From NCBI RefSeq assembly GCF_006345805.1, contig NC_043000.1, positions 94,674,001 to 94,738,000 of the forward strand: a DNA stretch of 64,000 bases. The letters are read 5' to 3'. The notes below the pieces were generated by a model, which made no database searches, was not told the origin of the DNA, and was given only the letters and a program-made list of their open reading frames with translations. This stretch comes from Octopus sinensis (Eukaryota). Positions 42,555-55,455 of this stretch are shown piece by piece (within the stretch, counting starts at the first letter, position 1; every line of letters begins with the position of its first letter). The position numbers and the translations under genes were made by a program.

Positions 42555-42771
42555 CAAGTGAGTGTTGAAAAGTTCTTGGCTATAAGGGTATCGCGGATTG
42601 CCTTGTCGGAGACCCAAACTTACGTGTCCTTTTACAGGGTTTAGAAAAACTGAGGGGCTGCTGCAATAAGTGTGTGAATCTGAGAGGGGAATATGTTAAA
42701 TAAAATCACAATTAACTCATCTTCCCGCATTTTCTCTTACCCAAAGCCAGGAACTTTTCAGTATCTCCCCG
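42555..42771 (-). mobile_element. mariner-derived MITE, same family as 22021-22238
   Basis: TGAAAAGTTCTTGGC / GCCAGGAACTTTTCAG TIRs; the interior is the reverse complement of the 22-kb copy. Confidence 0.85.
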
Positions 42772-42849
42772 TATATGAGGGAAGATATACTCTAAAGAAT
42801 TACACACGATGGATGTCATTCTAATTTAATTTATTTATTCATTGATTCG

Positions 42850-43490
42850 CCTTTGTTATAGAGCATCACAATTACTGCTGTTCTTTCCTTAGAGATTCCA
42901 TCAGCCAGTAGTATTTTCTCCAGTTTACCATTGTGGATGGAGTCAGAGGCCTTTGAGAAATCAACAAACAATAAAATTATAACTACTTCTGGATTTTACT
43001 CATTCCAATAGACGACGAACTGTAAGTATTTGTCCAATTTGATTTCTTCTAAAATCTTCTTCGATTTCTAAGTAGAAATGAATTATAAATTTTGCCAACG
43101 AGGGTCGAAAGAATGATGCTACTGAAGTTATTTTTAAGTCCCGAATCGTCATTTGTTTTTTTTGAAATTGGCGCATACAACCTTCTATACATTTGCCAAT
43201 GTTGCTTCCATTGTTGACTGCATTGCCGAAGCCTAACAGAATAACATTCAGTTGTTCTGTTTTCAAGACTTCAAATGGTATGTTATCCTTTCCAGCAGTC
43301 TTTCGGTTTTTGGTGCTTTTATGGACTTCTTTCAAATCGTCGACGGTGAAATCGCCAATTATGATGTCAAGGTCGTGGTCAATAATTGATGTTACATCAA
43401 TATCAAAAACTGGGGGGTATATTCCCAAGTGAATTTTGAAAATGATCCCTTCACTTTTTAAAGCGTTCTTGTGGATTATGGATTTTTAGC
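42850..43490 (-). mobile_element. RTE-clade LINE RT N-terminal segment, inverted
   Basis: KNRKTAGKDNIPFEVLK, RNQ..GQILTVRRLLE, LFVDFSKASDSIHNGKLEKILLA. Confidence 0.85.
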
Positions 43491-43499
43491 TTAGAATTT

Positions 43500-43735
43500 T
43501 GACTTGATGATTTGGCGTCCAATAATATCTTTTACTGCCCGCCAGGTTACTGTCTGATCTGCTTGTTTACAGCAGCGACGTAGGTCGTCCGGACACACCG
43601 TATGTAAATCACCTCAACAGCAACACTGGATGACTCCACGAAGAGCTCATTCAACTAATGCAGGACTGCGATGGATGGCCTCGACGGATTAAAAATATCC
43701 GAGCAAGCTCGACCAGATGTTGGTTATTTATTGTT
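43500..43735 (+). mobile_element. RTE-clade LINE extreme 3' end
   Basis: VGRPDTPYVNHL...EELIQLMQD.DGW.RRIKNIRASSTR. Confidence 0.75.
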
Positions 43736-44645
43736 ATTCAGAGATAAGAAGGCAAAAACCATTAAGTATAAGTGTGCAGAGACACATACACGCGCGCGCC
43801 CGTGCGTGTATGTTTTCGTATGTGTATCCAAAATTTCACACTACTGTGCTCGACCCTTTTTTCTCAAAATGTCAGCCTTCTGGATTTGTCTTTCTGCACA
43901 GGTTTTTCCTAGCATTTGCCCACTTGCAACAAGATAAAATGAAACTGTTAATTAACCACATGACGTGGTTGGCCTCGGATGATCTTCCCTTTCCTCTTCA
44001 CGAAGCATGCGAAAACTTTTTGGAGCAGTAAGCTGAATGGTATATAGCCCGTCATAAATCAAATTACACAACGAAGAGAAAACTTTAATAAGCATCGTAT
44101 TTAATTATTGTATGTGATTCAACCTGTCCGTTTTGCGATATGACCCGGAAAAAGGCTATTTTGCACATGAAATTACGTGTAACATAATGGAAGTTAAGTA
44201 AAGAGTCTCATGCGGCTCGCAGAATGTAGGTTGTCCATAATTAGTCTTGGTAAAATAAATGTGAATAAAAGAATATATCCGCTTATTGGAGACACGGATT
44301 GAGTACTTACAACAGAGTGGAGTCTGCTAAAGGTTCCCCAAAACTTGGTGTTTGTGTGAAACCAAATCATCGCAAGATGATGCTTTTACTCTTTACTTGC
44401 TCAACAAACCACACAATGGAATGGGATTGAATATAGATGCAGAGTGAATCTATTAACCAAACACACAGCCATGTCCAAGTACAAAGATGAAACCGTATGT
44501 TCCTTTCTTTAATTAACCGGTAAATGAACTTATAAGAGATTATAGATATCTTACTGTGAGTTGTTTACTGTCAGATACCCAACAAAAATGTTTTTTTTAT
44601 AATTTCAAATTCAAGAATCAACATGAAATTGAATCAATGAAGTAA

Positions 44646-44734
<89 letters not shown>

Positions 44735-45666
44735 GGATAGTAGAGACACTGCTCAGCATTACAAGGAGAAGGGAGAAATTTGTGCATTGCAGGCAGAGCT
44801 AAGAACTTCATAAACAACCATCTGGTGGACAGAGACAGAATACTGTTCCCCCCACTGTGCATCAAGCTCGGTTTGATCACGAAGTTCACGAAAGCTCAGG
44901 ATAAGAACAGTGGTTGCTTCACTTACTTGTGCCAGGCTTTTCCAGGATTGACCACTGAGAAGTTGAAAGCTGGTATATTTGAGGGTCCTCAAATTCGTAA
45001 GCTCATCAGAGAGCTTGAGGTTGAAAGCTCAATGAAAGAAATGGAACTGGAAGATTGGAAAGGTTTTGTTCTGGTCGTAAAGAACTTTCTTGGCAACAAC
45101 AAGGTGAGAAACTACTGCGCATAAGTTGTCTCCAGTATGCAAACTGTTTTCAGAAGAAATGTCGGATGCAACATGAGTATCAAAATGCATTAATTATTTC
45201 TCACATATGGATCGGCTTCCTAAGAACCTGGGATCAATGAGCGACGGGCAGGGGAAGAGATTCCCTAAGGACATGAAAGAGATGGAGGCCAGGTATCAGG
45301 GACGCTGGGATGCAGTCATGATGGCGGATTATTGTTGGACTCTGAAGAGGCGTTCCTGCCACTCAGCATTCTAGAGGTTCGACTAAACCTAAGTTCAAGC
45401 CCTGAATTTTGAACAAAGTTGACATAATGTTTAATTTACATGTACTTAACTTTATCAATGTCTAATATTCAATTTACACTAATTGAAGTTTGTAAAATTT
45501 AATTAATAAATTGTGTTAGAAAACAATTTTTTATCTTAAGAACATATTTCGGATGAGAAATATTAACAAAACTCAACCGATAATGTCAGAAAAATGTAAT
45601 CAATTTGATGAATAACATCCAAAGTATGACACACACACGCAAACGCATACACACACACACACACAT

Positions 45667-45734
<68 letters not shown>

Positions 45735-45950
45735 ACATATTAACAAAACTCAACTGATAATGTCAGAAAAATGTAATCAATTTAGTTAGAAGATCGGATT
45801 TTTAAAAAATCAATTTAGCATAGAAACTTGGCCTGGTCGAGAGAAACAAATGTCATTTTCGGATTCAGCGGTGCCAAATTGTTCTAAACCAGTTGAAAAA
45901 AACTAAAACAACTTGTAATTTTTTTTGTCTATTGTTATTTAGCGCTTTTA
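44735..45950 (+). mobile_element. DNA transposon 3' half, tentatively CMC/Chapaev-3-like
   Basis: PPL.IKLGL..KF.KA, FPGLTTEKLKAGIFEGPQIRKL, GCNMSIKMH, SD.QG.RF..DMKEMEARYQGRWD..MMADYCW. The superfamily name is from recollection of these motifs. Confidence 0.8.
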
Positions 45951-46066
45951 TCTCGATTCAGAGATTTATCAAGTCTCTCTGGAACGAGATAAAAGAGCTT
46001 AGTAAATAATTATCCCAAATTCCGGTAATTAATGGATTAAATCTGTACACCACTTCAAAGAATCTT

Positions 46067-46098
<32 letters not shown>

Positions 46099-46262
46099 CA
46101 TAAACATATATATATATATATACACACACACATTTATATACACATATATATGTATATATGAATATGTACATGTTTGTATGTATGTATGCACGCGTATGTG
46201 TGTGCACGTGTTTGTATATATTTATATGCATGTATGTGCTTATATATAGATACAGGCATACA

Positions 46263-46320
<58 letters not shown>

Positions 46321-46699
46321 CACACACACAGATACACGCATACACACATATATATATAGGTTAGAGACTGGTGTTTTCTACATAGAATATAATTCGAAGT
46401 GCTCAAGAGATTTGAACTTCAGTAGAGGAGTAAATGAAATGACAAGCATGTTAGGCAAGTCGATTTGCACATAATATAAAATATATTTAATGGCAAAATG
46501 TTCATGTGTATGGATATAGAATAGTCTGACTTAGGCAATATAAATGAGATAAGGTGTTAAATGAGTAGAGTTTTACGAGTCCAACTGCTGTTTCTGGGTG
46601 GGGTCCGGAATAATGATAGTTACTACCTTCCATTACCGGATAACACTACTTCCGTCTTCTGTGGAGTGTTTACATTGGCGAATTTTGCATTTGAGGTGT

Positions 46700-46955
46700 T
46701 GAGAGACAGAATATTTTTATATATCACCAGCTGACCGGTGTCTGCTAGTCTAGGCCGACGAAGGACAATCATCCTGAAACACGTGTCCCTAGATGCAGCC
46801 CGGGCGGCCGTGGGTGTTTGTCTCCCCTTCGTAAATGTATATAAGGACACAGGAAAAATGTGTCAAAGCCATCAGGAGGCGTCGATGCTTCCTAGGGCTA
46901 AACAGCGGTGGTGTACCCCCTACTGTCACGTTCGTGTTAGATTGACAGTATACAA
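46700..46955 (+). mobile_element. HHR-bearing non-coding element related to the 26-kb element
   Basis: Shares the upstream TATC(A/G)CCA..ACCGGTG motif, the HHR and the downstream hairpin module; ends at (TA)n. Confidence 0.65.
46749..46793 (+). ncRNA. Minimal type I HHR, U4C variant
   Basis: TCTAGG CCGACGA AGGA-CAATCA-TCCT GAAA C-ACGT-G TC CCTAGA; all stems are perfectly paired. Confidence 0.72.
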
Positions 46956-46970
46956 CTATTCTATATATAT

Positions 46971-47004
<34 letters not shown>

Positions 47005-47073
47005 ATATATATATATATGCGCGCGCGCGCGTGTGTGTGTGTATTCTTAAATTCAATCAACATATATACATCT

Positions 47074-47365
47074 TTTGAGAAAACAATCCTCAATGGCCAA
47101 GGAAAGGGAGAAAATGTGTTTATTCCAAGAATTTCACTGAATCCAACAGACACACCCTTTGAATTCAAGAGATTTCAATTTTCAGTAAGTGATAGTTTTG
47201 CAATATCAACAAGAGTCAAAGACAGCCACTGAAAATTGTTGGACTTCACCTCATGTAGCAGTATTTTGCAATGGTCAGCTCTATGCTGGTTGGTCTGGAG
47301 TTGGAAATGGCAACACTCTCTTCATACTCACACCAAATGGTAAAATTAAGAATATACTCGAATAT
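47074..47365 (+). mobile_element. Helitron RepHel Pif1-helicase C-terminal fragment
   Basis: GENVFIPRISLNPTDTPFEFKRFQF.V..SFAI.(INKSQ)...VFCNGQLY...S.VG. Confidence 0.9.
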
Positions 47366-48339
47366 CACAACCATTTAATTATAGTCGTGTGTATATGCGT
47401 GCATATGAGTATGTATGTGTGTATGTGGGAATGTATATATATGTACGAGTTTTATGTGTACGAGTACAAGTTTTATGTGTAGATGTCGATATTTATAAAT
47501 ATCTGTATAAATATATATATATATATATATACATGTTTAATATATGCATCTGTATACATCTTTACATAATATATTTTCTTCTACTACTAAGCACTGACCT
47601 GTCCAACCAACCATACCTATATTCCCAAATTCTTCATTCCACCATATTACTACCACTACACCCCTCTCTCTGCCTCATCACTTAGGTTCTATCACTACAC
47701 ACCTGACATTCCTTTACCTTTTACACTATTATACCTCTCTCTCTTTGTGTCTATCATCCCCCATTCCTTCTATCTGACACTTCTTTACTATTTACCCTAT
47801 CATCTTTTTACACGGTAATATCTTTCTCTCTCTATCACCCTCACCTCCCCATACCTACTATCAATTTATCTTGATTGACCACTAACTAGTACACTTTCTC
47901 TTTCTTCATCTCTTTATTTTCTCTCTCCTTGCTTTTCTTTTTGCTTTTTTCATTTTTCTTTTTATTCTTTTCCTTTTTCTTTTTTTTCGTTTTCTTTTTT
48001 TCTTTTATCTTTTTCTTTTTTCCTTTTTTCTTTTTTTATTCCTCTCTTCCTATTTTCAATTTGACCCTACAAATACATTCCTTACTTTTAGGTCACATTA
48101 AATAAAACCCTCGGTTCAATAACACTGTGAACAAACTCTATACTTGGAATGACCAATTTTAAATACTATTGGAATTTACTCACAAGGCATTGCAATCTTA
48201 TTTGTATACCATTCTGCCTAAATAATGGATCTACAGATGCAATATCCCTGCATATCTCACATCTATTTTTATTCCTCCACTTCACTCTCTATTTCATATC
48301 TTATTTAAATTAACTATTGCTTAACCATTTTCTCTTACC

Positions 48340-48388
48340 GTCTCCGATGAAGGGATATAAAAAAATATCCCGGAAACAGCTGTAAGAC
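48340..48388 (+). ncRNA. Minimal type I HHR, U4C variant, in the PLE 5' leader
   Basis: GTCT CCGATGA A GGGATAT-AAAAAA-ATATCCC G GAAA C-AGCT-G TA AGAC. Confidence 0.72.
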
Positions 48389-48629
48389 CTATTTATAAGT
48401 GTTCTAAAATCTTCACAGCTTTGGATTTTAATCTCATTGTGAAAAAAAAATTCATATATACACATGCTGATATATGACCTACGTTGGACTCCTTATTCAC
48501 ATAATCACCGAACCTGGTCTTTCCATAGCACTTACTCAGTACTACCTGATACCATTGAGTCTTATTGACACCATTACCTCACACCTTTGTACACTTCCTT
48601 TCTGCTGCTTTCAGCTTTCTATTAACCTC

Positions 48630-49800
48630 TCCCTACTAATTAAAAGAAAACTCGTTTCTGTGGCCACATTTCGTTTCTCAGTCGCTGCTTACATCACCGC
48701 CTCATCCTTAAAGGTTTCCGCCTCCATTTCCACCCCACTTTCCACTCTGCTACAACCATCCTACCCATATTCCGTACTACATCCTACCGCCTTATGCGTG
48801 CCACCATTCGCTCTAATCTCTCCAAAATATACACCATCGACAGTGTTCTCCCTCTTGCTTTTTCCATCTTCTTCTCCTCTCAGTCGCCCTCCCATGCAAA
48901 TACCACGTTACGTTACATAATTCATTTAAATCAGCTCTTTCATCAATTTCTCGCTCACACCAAACAACGTGAACTCCACTAACTCCTCCATTCCATCACA
49001 CCCCATACCACTACCCCAACTCCTCCACTACCCCTCTCCCTCCCTGATACGCTCCCCGATCCTCACTCAACCTCCGTCCCTCCAGCCGCCACTCACATAC
49101 CCCCAGCCTTCCACCATCCCCACCACTCCTCCTACTTCTATCCTACCCACCCCTTCTCCACTTCAGTCTGTTGTTACCATCCCTGCAGATATTCGCTTGT
49201 CTGAGGCGGAGCGCTCCCTCCTCAGTAGGGATCTGCGCTTCATCCCCCTCACTTCATCCAGCAAGGAATTTCGGACTCAGCTTTGTGCACCGTGTTAGGT
49301 TGTGTACGTTTTTCCGCGACACTCCACCTGCATCTAATGAGGAGGACTGCTTCACCGACCTAGGCCACCGACCAACCATGTGGATGCCAGCTCCTAGCCA
49401 GTTCCAAGCAGTCGATCTATCTGCAAGCGCTTGCCAGCGCGATGAGGACCGGTTTAACCTTTCCAGCCGTCCACGTCATCTGAACATCCTCCCAGCCGAA
49501 TTCTCGGCGCTTCAATGTCTCCGACGTCGCACTGACATTATTATAACACCAGCCAACAAGGGTGGAGCCGTGGACCCCTACAAGGCAGAAGCTCTCCGCC
49601 GACTTCAAGATACTTCCTTCTACTACCTTCTGCCCTCTGACTCCACGGCCAGCTACCAACATACTGTGTCCTCCAATATCCATGACCTCATCTCCTCCCG
49701 TCTGCCCCACCACCTCCAACCTCATTGTCTGCACCCCTCGCACTCCTACTATTTACTTCCTCCCCAAAATCCACAAACCTAACAACAATGGTCGTCCCAA
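48630..49800 (+). mobile_element. PLE ORF 5' half (N-terminus to start of RT), frameshifted, cut off at (TA)n
   Basis: HISFLSRCLHHRLI.KGFRLH, LSEAERSLLSRDLRFIP, IIITPANKGGAV, Y..EALRRLQDTSFY, IYFLPKIHKPNNNGRP. Confidence 0.88.
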
Positions 49801-49812
49801 TATATATATATA

Positions 49813-50066
49813 TTTAAGAAAATAAGAAAATAGAGAGATAATTGAATTAATAATTATTTATTATTTATAAAATAGGACATCGTCACTGACAGGTGTTTCG
49901 ATTCAAGACTTTTAGAAACTAATTAGTAAAATTAATTAGTATAATATTATACTAATTAATTTCTAAAAGCCTTGAATCGAAACAGCTGTCAGAAGATATG
50001 TCCTATTCTATAATTAAAAAGTAATTATTAATTTAATTATCTCTCTATTTTCTTATTTTCTTAAAA
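49813..50066. repeat. Diverged palindrome (about 125-bp arms) with HHR 3' halves
   Basis: Right arm has GAAA C-AGCT-G TC AGAAG at 49979-49995; left arm has the reverse complement CTGACAGGTGTTTC; left end at (TA)n. Confidence 0.82.
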
Positions 50067-50359
50067 ATAGAAATGAACCCCGGTTTATCCAGTTACTTAC
50101 AGTTGAATGTTATTTGTAATATTCAATACTTCTTGTAATAGGTAACAAACCAGTATATTCATTGGATTTTATTATTTCGTAATGAGGTTTGTAACCTTTA
50201 TTTGAACTTACACACACACACATATCTTGAATTCCTTGCTACAATTACCCATATTTATGCAAAATAAGGTCTTGATTTAGTATTCGCATTATTGAATCCA
50301 TCCAATCACTCAATGCATATCTAAAGATTGTGCTTTATGTGCACACGCTTCAATGAATA

Positions 50360-51366
50360 TATTGTGCCATCCCATAAATAATGCGGTTTTTTCAATTGCA
50401 TGAACTAAACGTCGCAGGGGGATAGGATAACTTACTTGCATCAACTTGCTATAAAAGCAGGTAGTTAGTTTACCATGTACTTATTCCCAGTGCAAGTTTC
50501 GGAGGGTGCAGTTCGATTTTAACAGTTATTTTTTCAAAGGTATAATGAAAGTGGCAAAGGAGCATATTTGGCATGTTTTGCTTAATGAGTTCAATAAAGC
50601 AACAGCACATCGGAAAGTGCGAGGAATATTAATGCAGTATATGGAGATCGGACAATAAGCCTAAGCCAGTGTCAACGGTAGTTCCAGAAAATCCGAGCCT
50701 CGTCCAGAAAGATCTGTAGAGTTCGACGAGTACATCTTGCAAACCCTGGTGAAACAAAATCCCGTCGTCACTGCTGTGGAACAAGCAGAGAAGCTTGGAT
50801 TTGTTCATTCAACCATTTATCGACAGTTGCATACCATCAGGAAGGTCAAAAAATTGGGTCAATGGGTTCCTCACAATATTTTCCGAGCACAATTGCGTGC
50901 ACAGAGTGAAGGAGTGCTCCCTTTTGCTGTCATGTCTCACGAATGTACCTTTTTGGGGACCGAATTCTGACTGGTAATATGAAGTGGATTTTCAAAAAAA
51001 TGTCAAGCGCCGAATTCAGTGGGTAGGGAGAAGGAAAACACCGGCATCCCAGGTTAATGAATGTTTTCAACCACGTATGGTGTTGTTATCTGTTTGATGG
51101 GATGTGAAAGATTTAGTCCGCTTTGAACTTTTAAATCCACACCAAAAGATAACAAAGGGGAAATACTGCGAGCAGCTTGAGAAGCTTAAGTCAGCGCTAG
51201 AAGAAAAAAAGACTACCTTTGGTTTCAAGACAAAAGGTTTTCTTCCATCAGGATAATGCTCGGCCACGTACAGCGAGGATGACATTACAAAGGGTGGAGC
51301 AGTTTGAATTGGAAACGATGCCTCACTCACCATATTCGCTGGACATTGCCCCATCTGATTATATTT
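50360..51366 (+). mobile_element. mariner transposon, degenerate, interrupted at the 3' side by a SINE
   Basis: KLGQWVPH, HQDNARPRTA, HSPYSLDIAPSDY; 5' TIR-like CCCATAAATAATGCGG. Confidence 0.88.
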
Positions 51367-51372
51367 ATGCAC

Positions 51373-51770
51373 AGAAGGGGCTGTGTGGTAAGTAGCTTGC
51401 TTATCAACCACATGGTCCCGGGTTCAGTCCCACTGCATGGCACCTTGAGCAAGTGTCCTCTACTATAGTCTCGGGCCAACCAAAGCCTTGTGAGTGGATT
51501 TGGTAGACTGAAACTGGAAGAATCCCGTCGTATATGTATATATATATATATATGTATATGTATGTGTGTGTATTTGTTTGTGTGTGTGTTTGTCCCTGCG
51601 ACATCGCTTGACAATCGACGTTGGTGTGTTTACGTCCCCGTAACCTAGCGGTTCGGCAAAAGAGTCCGATAGAATAAGTACTAGGTTTACATAGAATAAG
51701 TCCTGGGATCGATTTGCTCAACTAAAGACGGTGCTCCAGCATGGCCGCAGTCAAATGACTGAAACAAGTA
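51373..51770 (+). mobile_element. SINE family A, near full length
   Basis: GGCTGTGTGGTAAGTAGCTTGC...GGTTCAGTCCC...CAGTCAAATGACTGAAACAAGTAA. Confidence 0.92.
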
Positions 51771-51814
51771 ATATGAATTCTGTAGACGAGGTCAGAACAG
51801 TACTGGATTATTAT

Positions 51815-52050
51815 TAAGGCGGCGAGCTGGCAGAAACGTTACCACGCAGGGCAAAATGCCTAGTGGTATTTCGTCTGTCTTTACGTTCTAAGTTCAAATT
51901 CCACCGAGGTCGACTTTGCCTTTCATCCTTTCGGGGTCGATTAAATAAGTACTAGTTAAGCACTGGGGTCGATATAATCGACTTAATCCGTGTGTCTGTC
52001 CTTGTTTGTCCTCTCTGTGTTTAGCCCCTTGTGGGTAGTAAAGAAATAAG
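51815..52050 (+). mobile_element. SINE family B, full length; a degenerate copy lies at 52700-52880
   Basis: GGCGGCGAGCTGGCAGAAACGTT...GTTCAAATTCC...CCCCTTGTGGGTAGTAAAGAAATAAG. Confidence 0.92.
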
Positions 52051-52504
52051 TACTGGATTAGTATTTTTCGTCACGGACAAGTGAATTTTGGAAGAGGGGC
52101 CTTGCAAGTATACCAGATAGATGAAATAATATTGCAGAAAATGAAGGCGAGTATATTTTAGACTTAAAAAAAAATTTGTTTACCTTAAATTTGAAAAATA
52201 AAGTATAAAAAACTGCATTATTTATGGGATAACCCAATATAACTACTCCAATTTGTCAATGAGAAACTCATTAGAAATCGTTTTCTTTCTTCACGTTAAC
52301 ACATGATACAGCATCAACATTAGAATTAAACATCTATTGCCTCAGATAATACTACCATTGCAATTAAATGGATAAGGCGTTCCCAGCATCGAATACATTA
52401 ATGTTCAGTATGTATTAGAGAAAATTAACTAAATGATACAATGTGTAATTCTGTGAGACTAGATTGCTATTGATGTTTGTATAATTGTTTACCTATTGAT
52501 CAGT

Positions 52505-52673
52505 AGCCAATGAGCAGGCCTATCACGAAAACTATAACAGCCGGGATTGGCTCAGCGTTTGTGATTTATGGGAAATTTTGTTCACAATTTTAGCAGGTCG
52601 AACGAGCGTGTAAGTCTCCTACATTGTGTTCACTCGAATTAGGAACTGAGCGAATTGTATAATAAAGGTAAGA
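52505..52673 (+). promoter_or_regulatory. Possible Pol II promoter and first exon
   Basis: AGCCAATGAG (52505) and GATTGGCT (52545) are opposed CCAAT boxes; CpG-enriched non-repetitive patch; donor AAAG|GTAAGA at 52668. Confidence 0.33.
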
Positions 52674-53035
52674 AAAGCGACGATCTAAGAGAATCATTAG
52701 GATGCTGAGAAAATGCTTAGCATTATTTCTTCTCTCTTTAGTTCTGAGTTCGGATGCTACCGAGGTCGGCTGTGCTTTTCATCGTTTCGGTGTATGTAAA
52801 ATAAGTACCAATCAAATACTGGGGAGGGAGAGATTCAATCGACTAAGAGCCATCTTCAAAATTTCGGGCGTGTTGCCTATGACAGAAAGGATTATAAATG
52901 ACGTCGAAATACAGTTTTGATCATTATTGTGGTTCTAAACAGAGATGATTAAATTATATGTATAGTTATATTTGTGAAGACGCATGGCTAAGTGGTCAGA
53001 GCATTGCACTCACGGTCGTAAGATATAGGTTTCGA

Positions 53036-53082
<47 letters not shown>

Positions 53083-53942
53083 ATATATACATACATAATA
53101 TGTGTTTGTGTGTAATATGTTTATAGATAGATAGATGCAATATAACTTATTTATGTTTTCCGTCACATATTGCATTATGATGATCTTATCATAACTGAAA
53201 AATGAGAAACGGAATCAAGCCAAAGCTATTTCCATAATTTGCGATTCTTCTCCATCCAAAGCTGATTAACCGAGAGTTATTTGGGGATTTTCAGTTCAGT
53301 TCTGCAAGATTTAACACTAGTCACTCCCATCACTTTTTATTAGTTCGCTAATTCTGCATGCTATGCTTTCGTACTTCGTTTGAGAGCATTTCATGTTATA
53401 CCAACAACTAAATAAAGAACAGAATATTTTGGCTGGTTTAAACAGTAATTAAGTCAATAACAGTCTATTTCTTGCACACTGTTATCGTATTTATTCTAGG
53501 TGAAAAGATCGATAGAATTTCATCTGTAGCTACTGAGAAATATTTTGCTTCTGAAATTATTCTTTTCTCTCATTTTATTATTTTTCTTTGTTTCCTTTTT
53601 GTATATTTACTATTAATTATTCGCTTCTTCATATAAGCATTCTTGTTCACACATGTACTTCTTCATTCTCGTTTTCACTCTTTTTTCTTCTTTGTTCAAT
53701 CCCACGCAGCATTTCTTTCTTCTTTCTCTAGCTCGAAGGATTTCATCCTCGTTTTCTTGTTACGACTTATGGTCTCGTCTTGACGAACTCTTACATTCTA
53801 ACAAACCTTTAGCAAGAAATTTTGCCTCATTATTCCTCTCTCTCTCTCTCTCTTTCTCTCTTTTTCTCTTTTTCTCTCTTCCTCTCTCTCTCCCCTTCCT
53901 CTATCTCCCCTCCTCTCTTTCTCTGTATATATATATATATAT

Positions 53943-54001
<59 letters not shown>

Positions 54002-54800
54002 TAGATGGACAGATCTTTCTGAACTCCACCTCCCGTTCTGATCTTTTTTCTCTCTCTTTATTCCTACACCTAAATACCATTTCCTCTCGCTTATCTCCTA
54101 ATTATATAAATTCCATTTTCAGCATTGTATTCACACCACTCTATTCTATACATCCCTATCAGACACTCAACCACCTGACACACTACTATTCCACGCTCGC
54201 CTCCAACGGCCAGCAGCATCATAATTATATCTCTATCATACTACAGGATAGTCTGCATTGTTATCTTGTAGATTAACAATATCAAACATGACCTTCAGTC
54301 TGTTTTTATTAGCATAAGTCTTGTGTCTAGATAAGTGGTCCCAGCCTTTACACTACCAAGGACACCTTTTGATTAAATGAATTTTCCCACGGACCCATTT
54401 TAATATGTTGATCCTTAAGTATATATATAAATATGAAATTTTGAATTTAGTTCACGAACCCTCAGTACGACCTTTACGAACAACAATTTGGGAACCACTG
54501 GCCTAGATTCTTCCTTTCTCTCCCTTTCTCCTCCCACTCTCCCACCTCTCTCTCTCTCTGTCTCTTACTCCCACACACACATACAAACTCTCGTGCGAAC
54601 TCACTCCCTCTATCTTTCTGTCTATAACTGATATTTGTGTGTGCGTGTGTATATATATATATATATATATATACAGAGAGAGAGAGAGAGAGTGAGAGAG
54701 AGAAAGAGAGAGAGAGAGACAGAAAAAGAGAGAGAGAAAAAGATAAGTTATATTAAATCTCTGAGCGAGAGATAAACAGTAACAGTGCGGAATCGTAAAA

Positions 54801-54955
54801 TATATTTGCCACCTAAAAGTTGGCGGTCCTAGAGAAAACAGTGTTACTGCTGCTTTTAACCCCAAGACAGTGTGTCGTTGGCCAGCTGGAAAAGATGTTT
54901 TCCTGGGGCTAAAAGAACAGTAACACTGTCCTCTGTAGAACCGCTACATTTAGTT

Positions 54956-54962
<7 letters not shown>
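54801..54962. repeat. Short inverted-repeat element (about 63-bp arms) built from the 3' end of the HHR-element family
   Basis: Left arm TATATTTGCCACCTAAA is the reverse complement of the 26-kb terminus TTTAGGTGGCAAATATA; the centre holds the conserved hairpins. Confidence 0.78.
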
Positions 54963-55001
<39 letters not shown>

Positions 55002-55026
55002 ATATAATATATATATATATTATATA

Positions 55027-55059
<33 letters not shown>

Positions 55060-55139
55060 TATAATATATATATATATATATTATATATATATATATATAG
55101 ATAGATAGATAGATAGATAGTAGATAGATAGATAGATAG

Positions 55140-55237
<98 letters not shown>

Positions 55238-55322
55238 TAATGCAGCTACAAGATCACCCCCTAAGATTCTGAAAGCTATCATCAACATATGATTTAAGTA
55301 TCTCAATCTTGATCATGCTTAG

Positions 55323-55455
55323 ATCAAGGTCTGAGAACTGCCTCTAATGAGTCGCCAATGACAAACATTTGAAAGCAGTCATAATGTTGAGTCACCTGAC
55401 AGTGGCATGAATGATACCTGTGAATTTGCTATCTGTTCTGAAGCTTATGTTCAAG
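55323..55455 (+). other. Candidate orphan coding exon, requiring removal of one base
   Basis: Flanked by GCTTAG| and |GTAAAT. Removing one T from ACATTTG (about 55370) gives a 132-nt phase1-phase1 frame (D)QGLRTASNESPMTNIESSHNVESPDSGMNDTCEFAICSEAYVQ. No homologue recognised. Confidence 0.2.
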
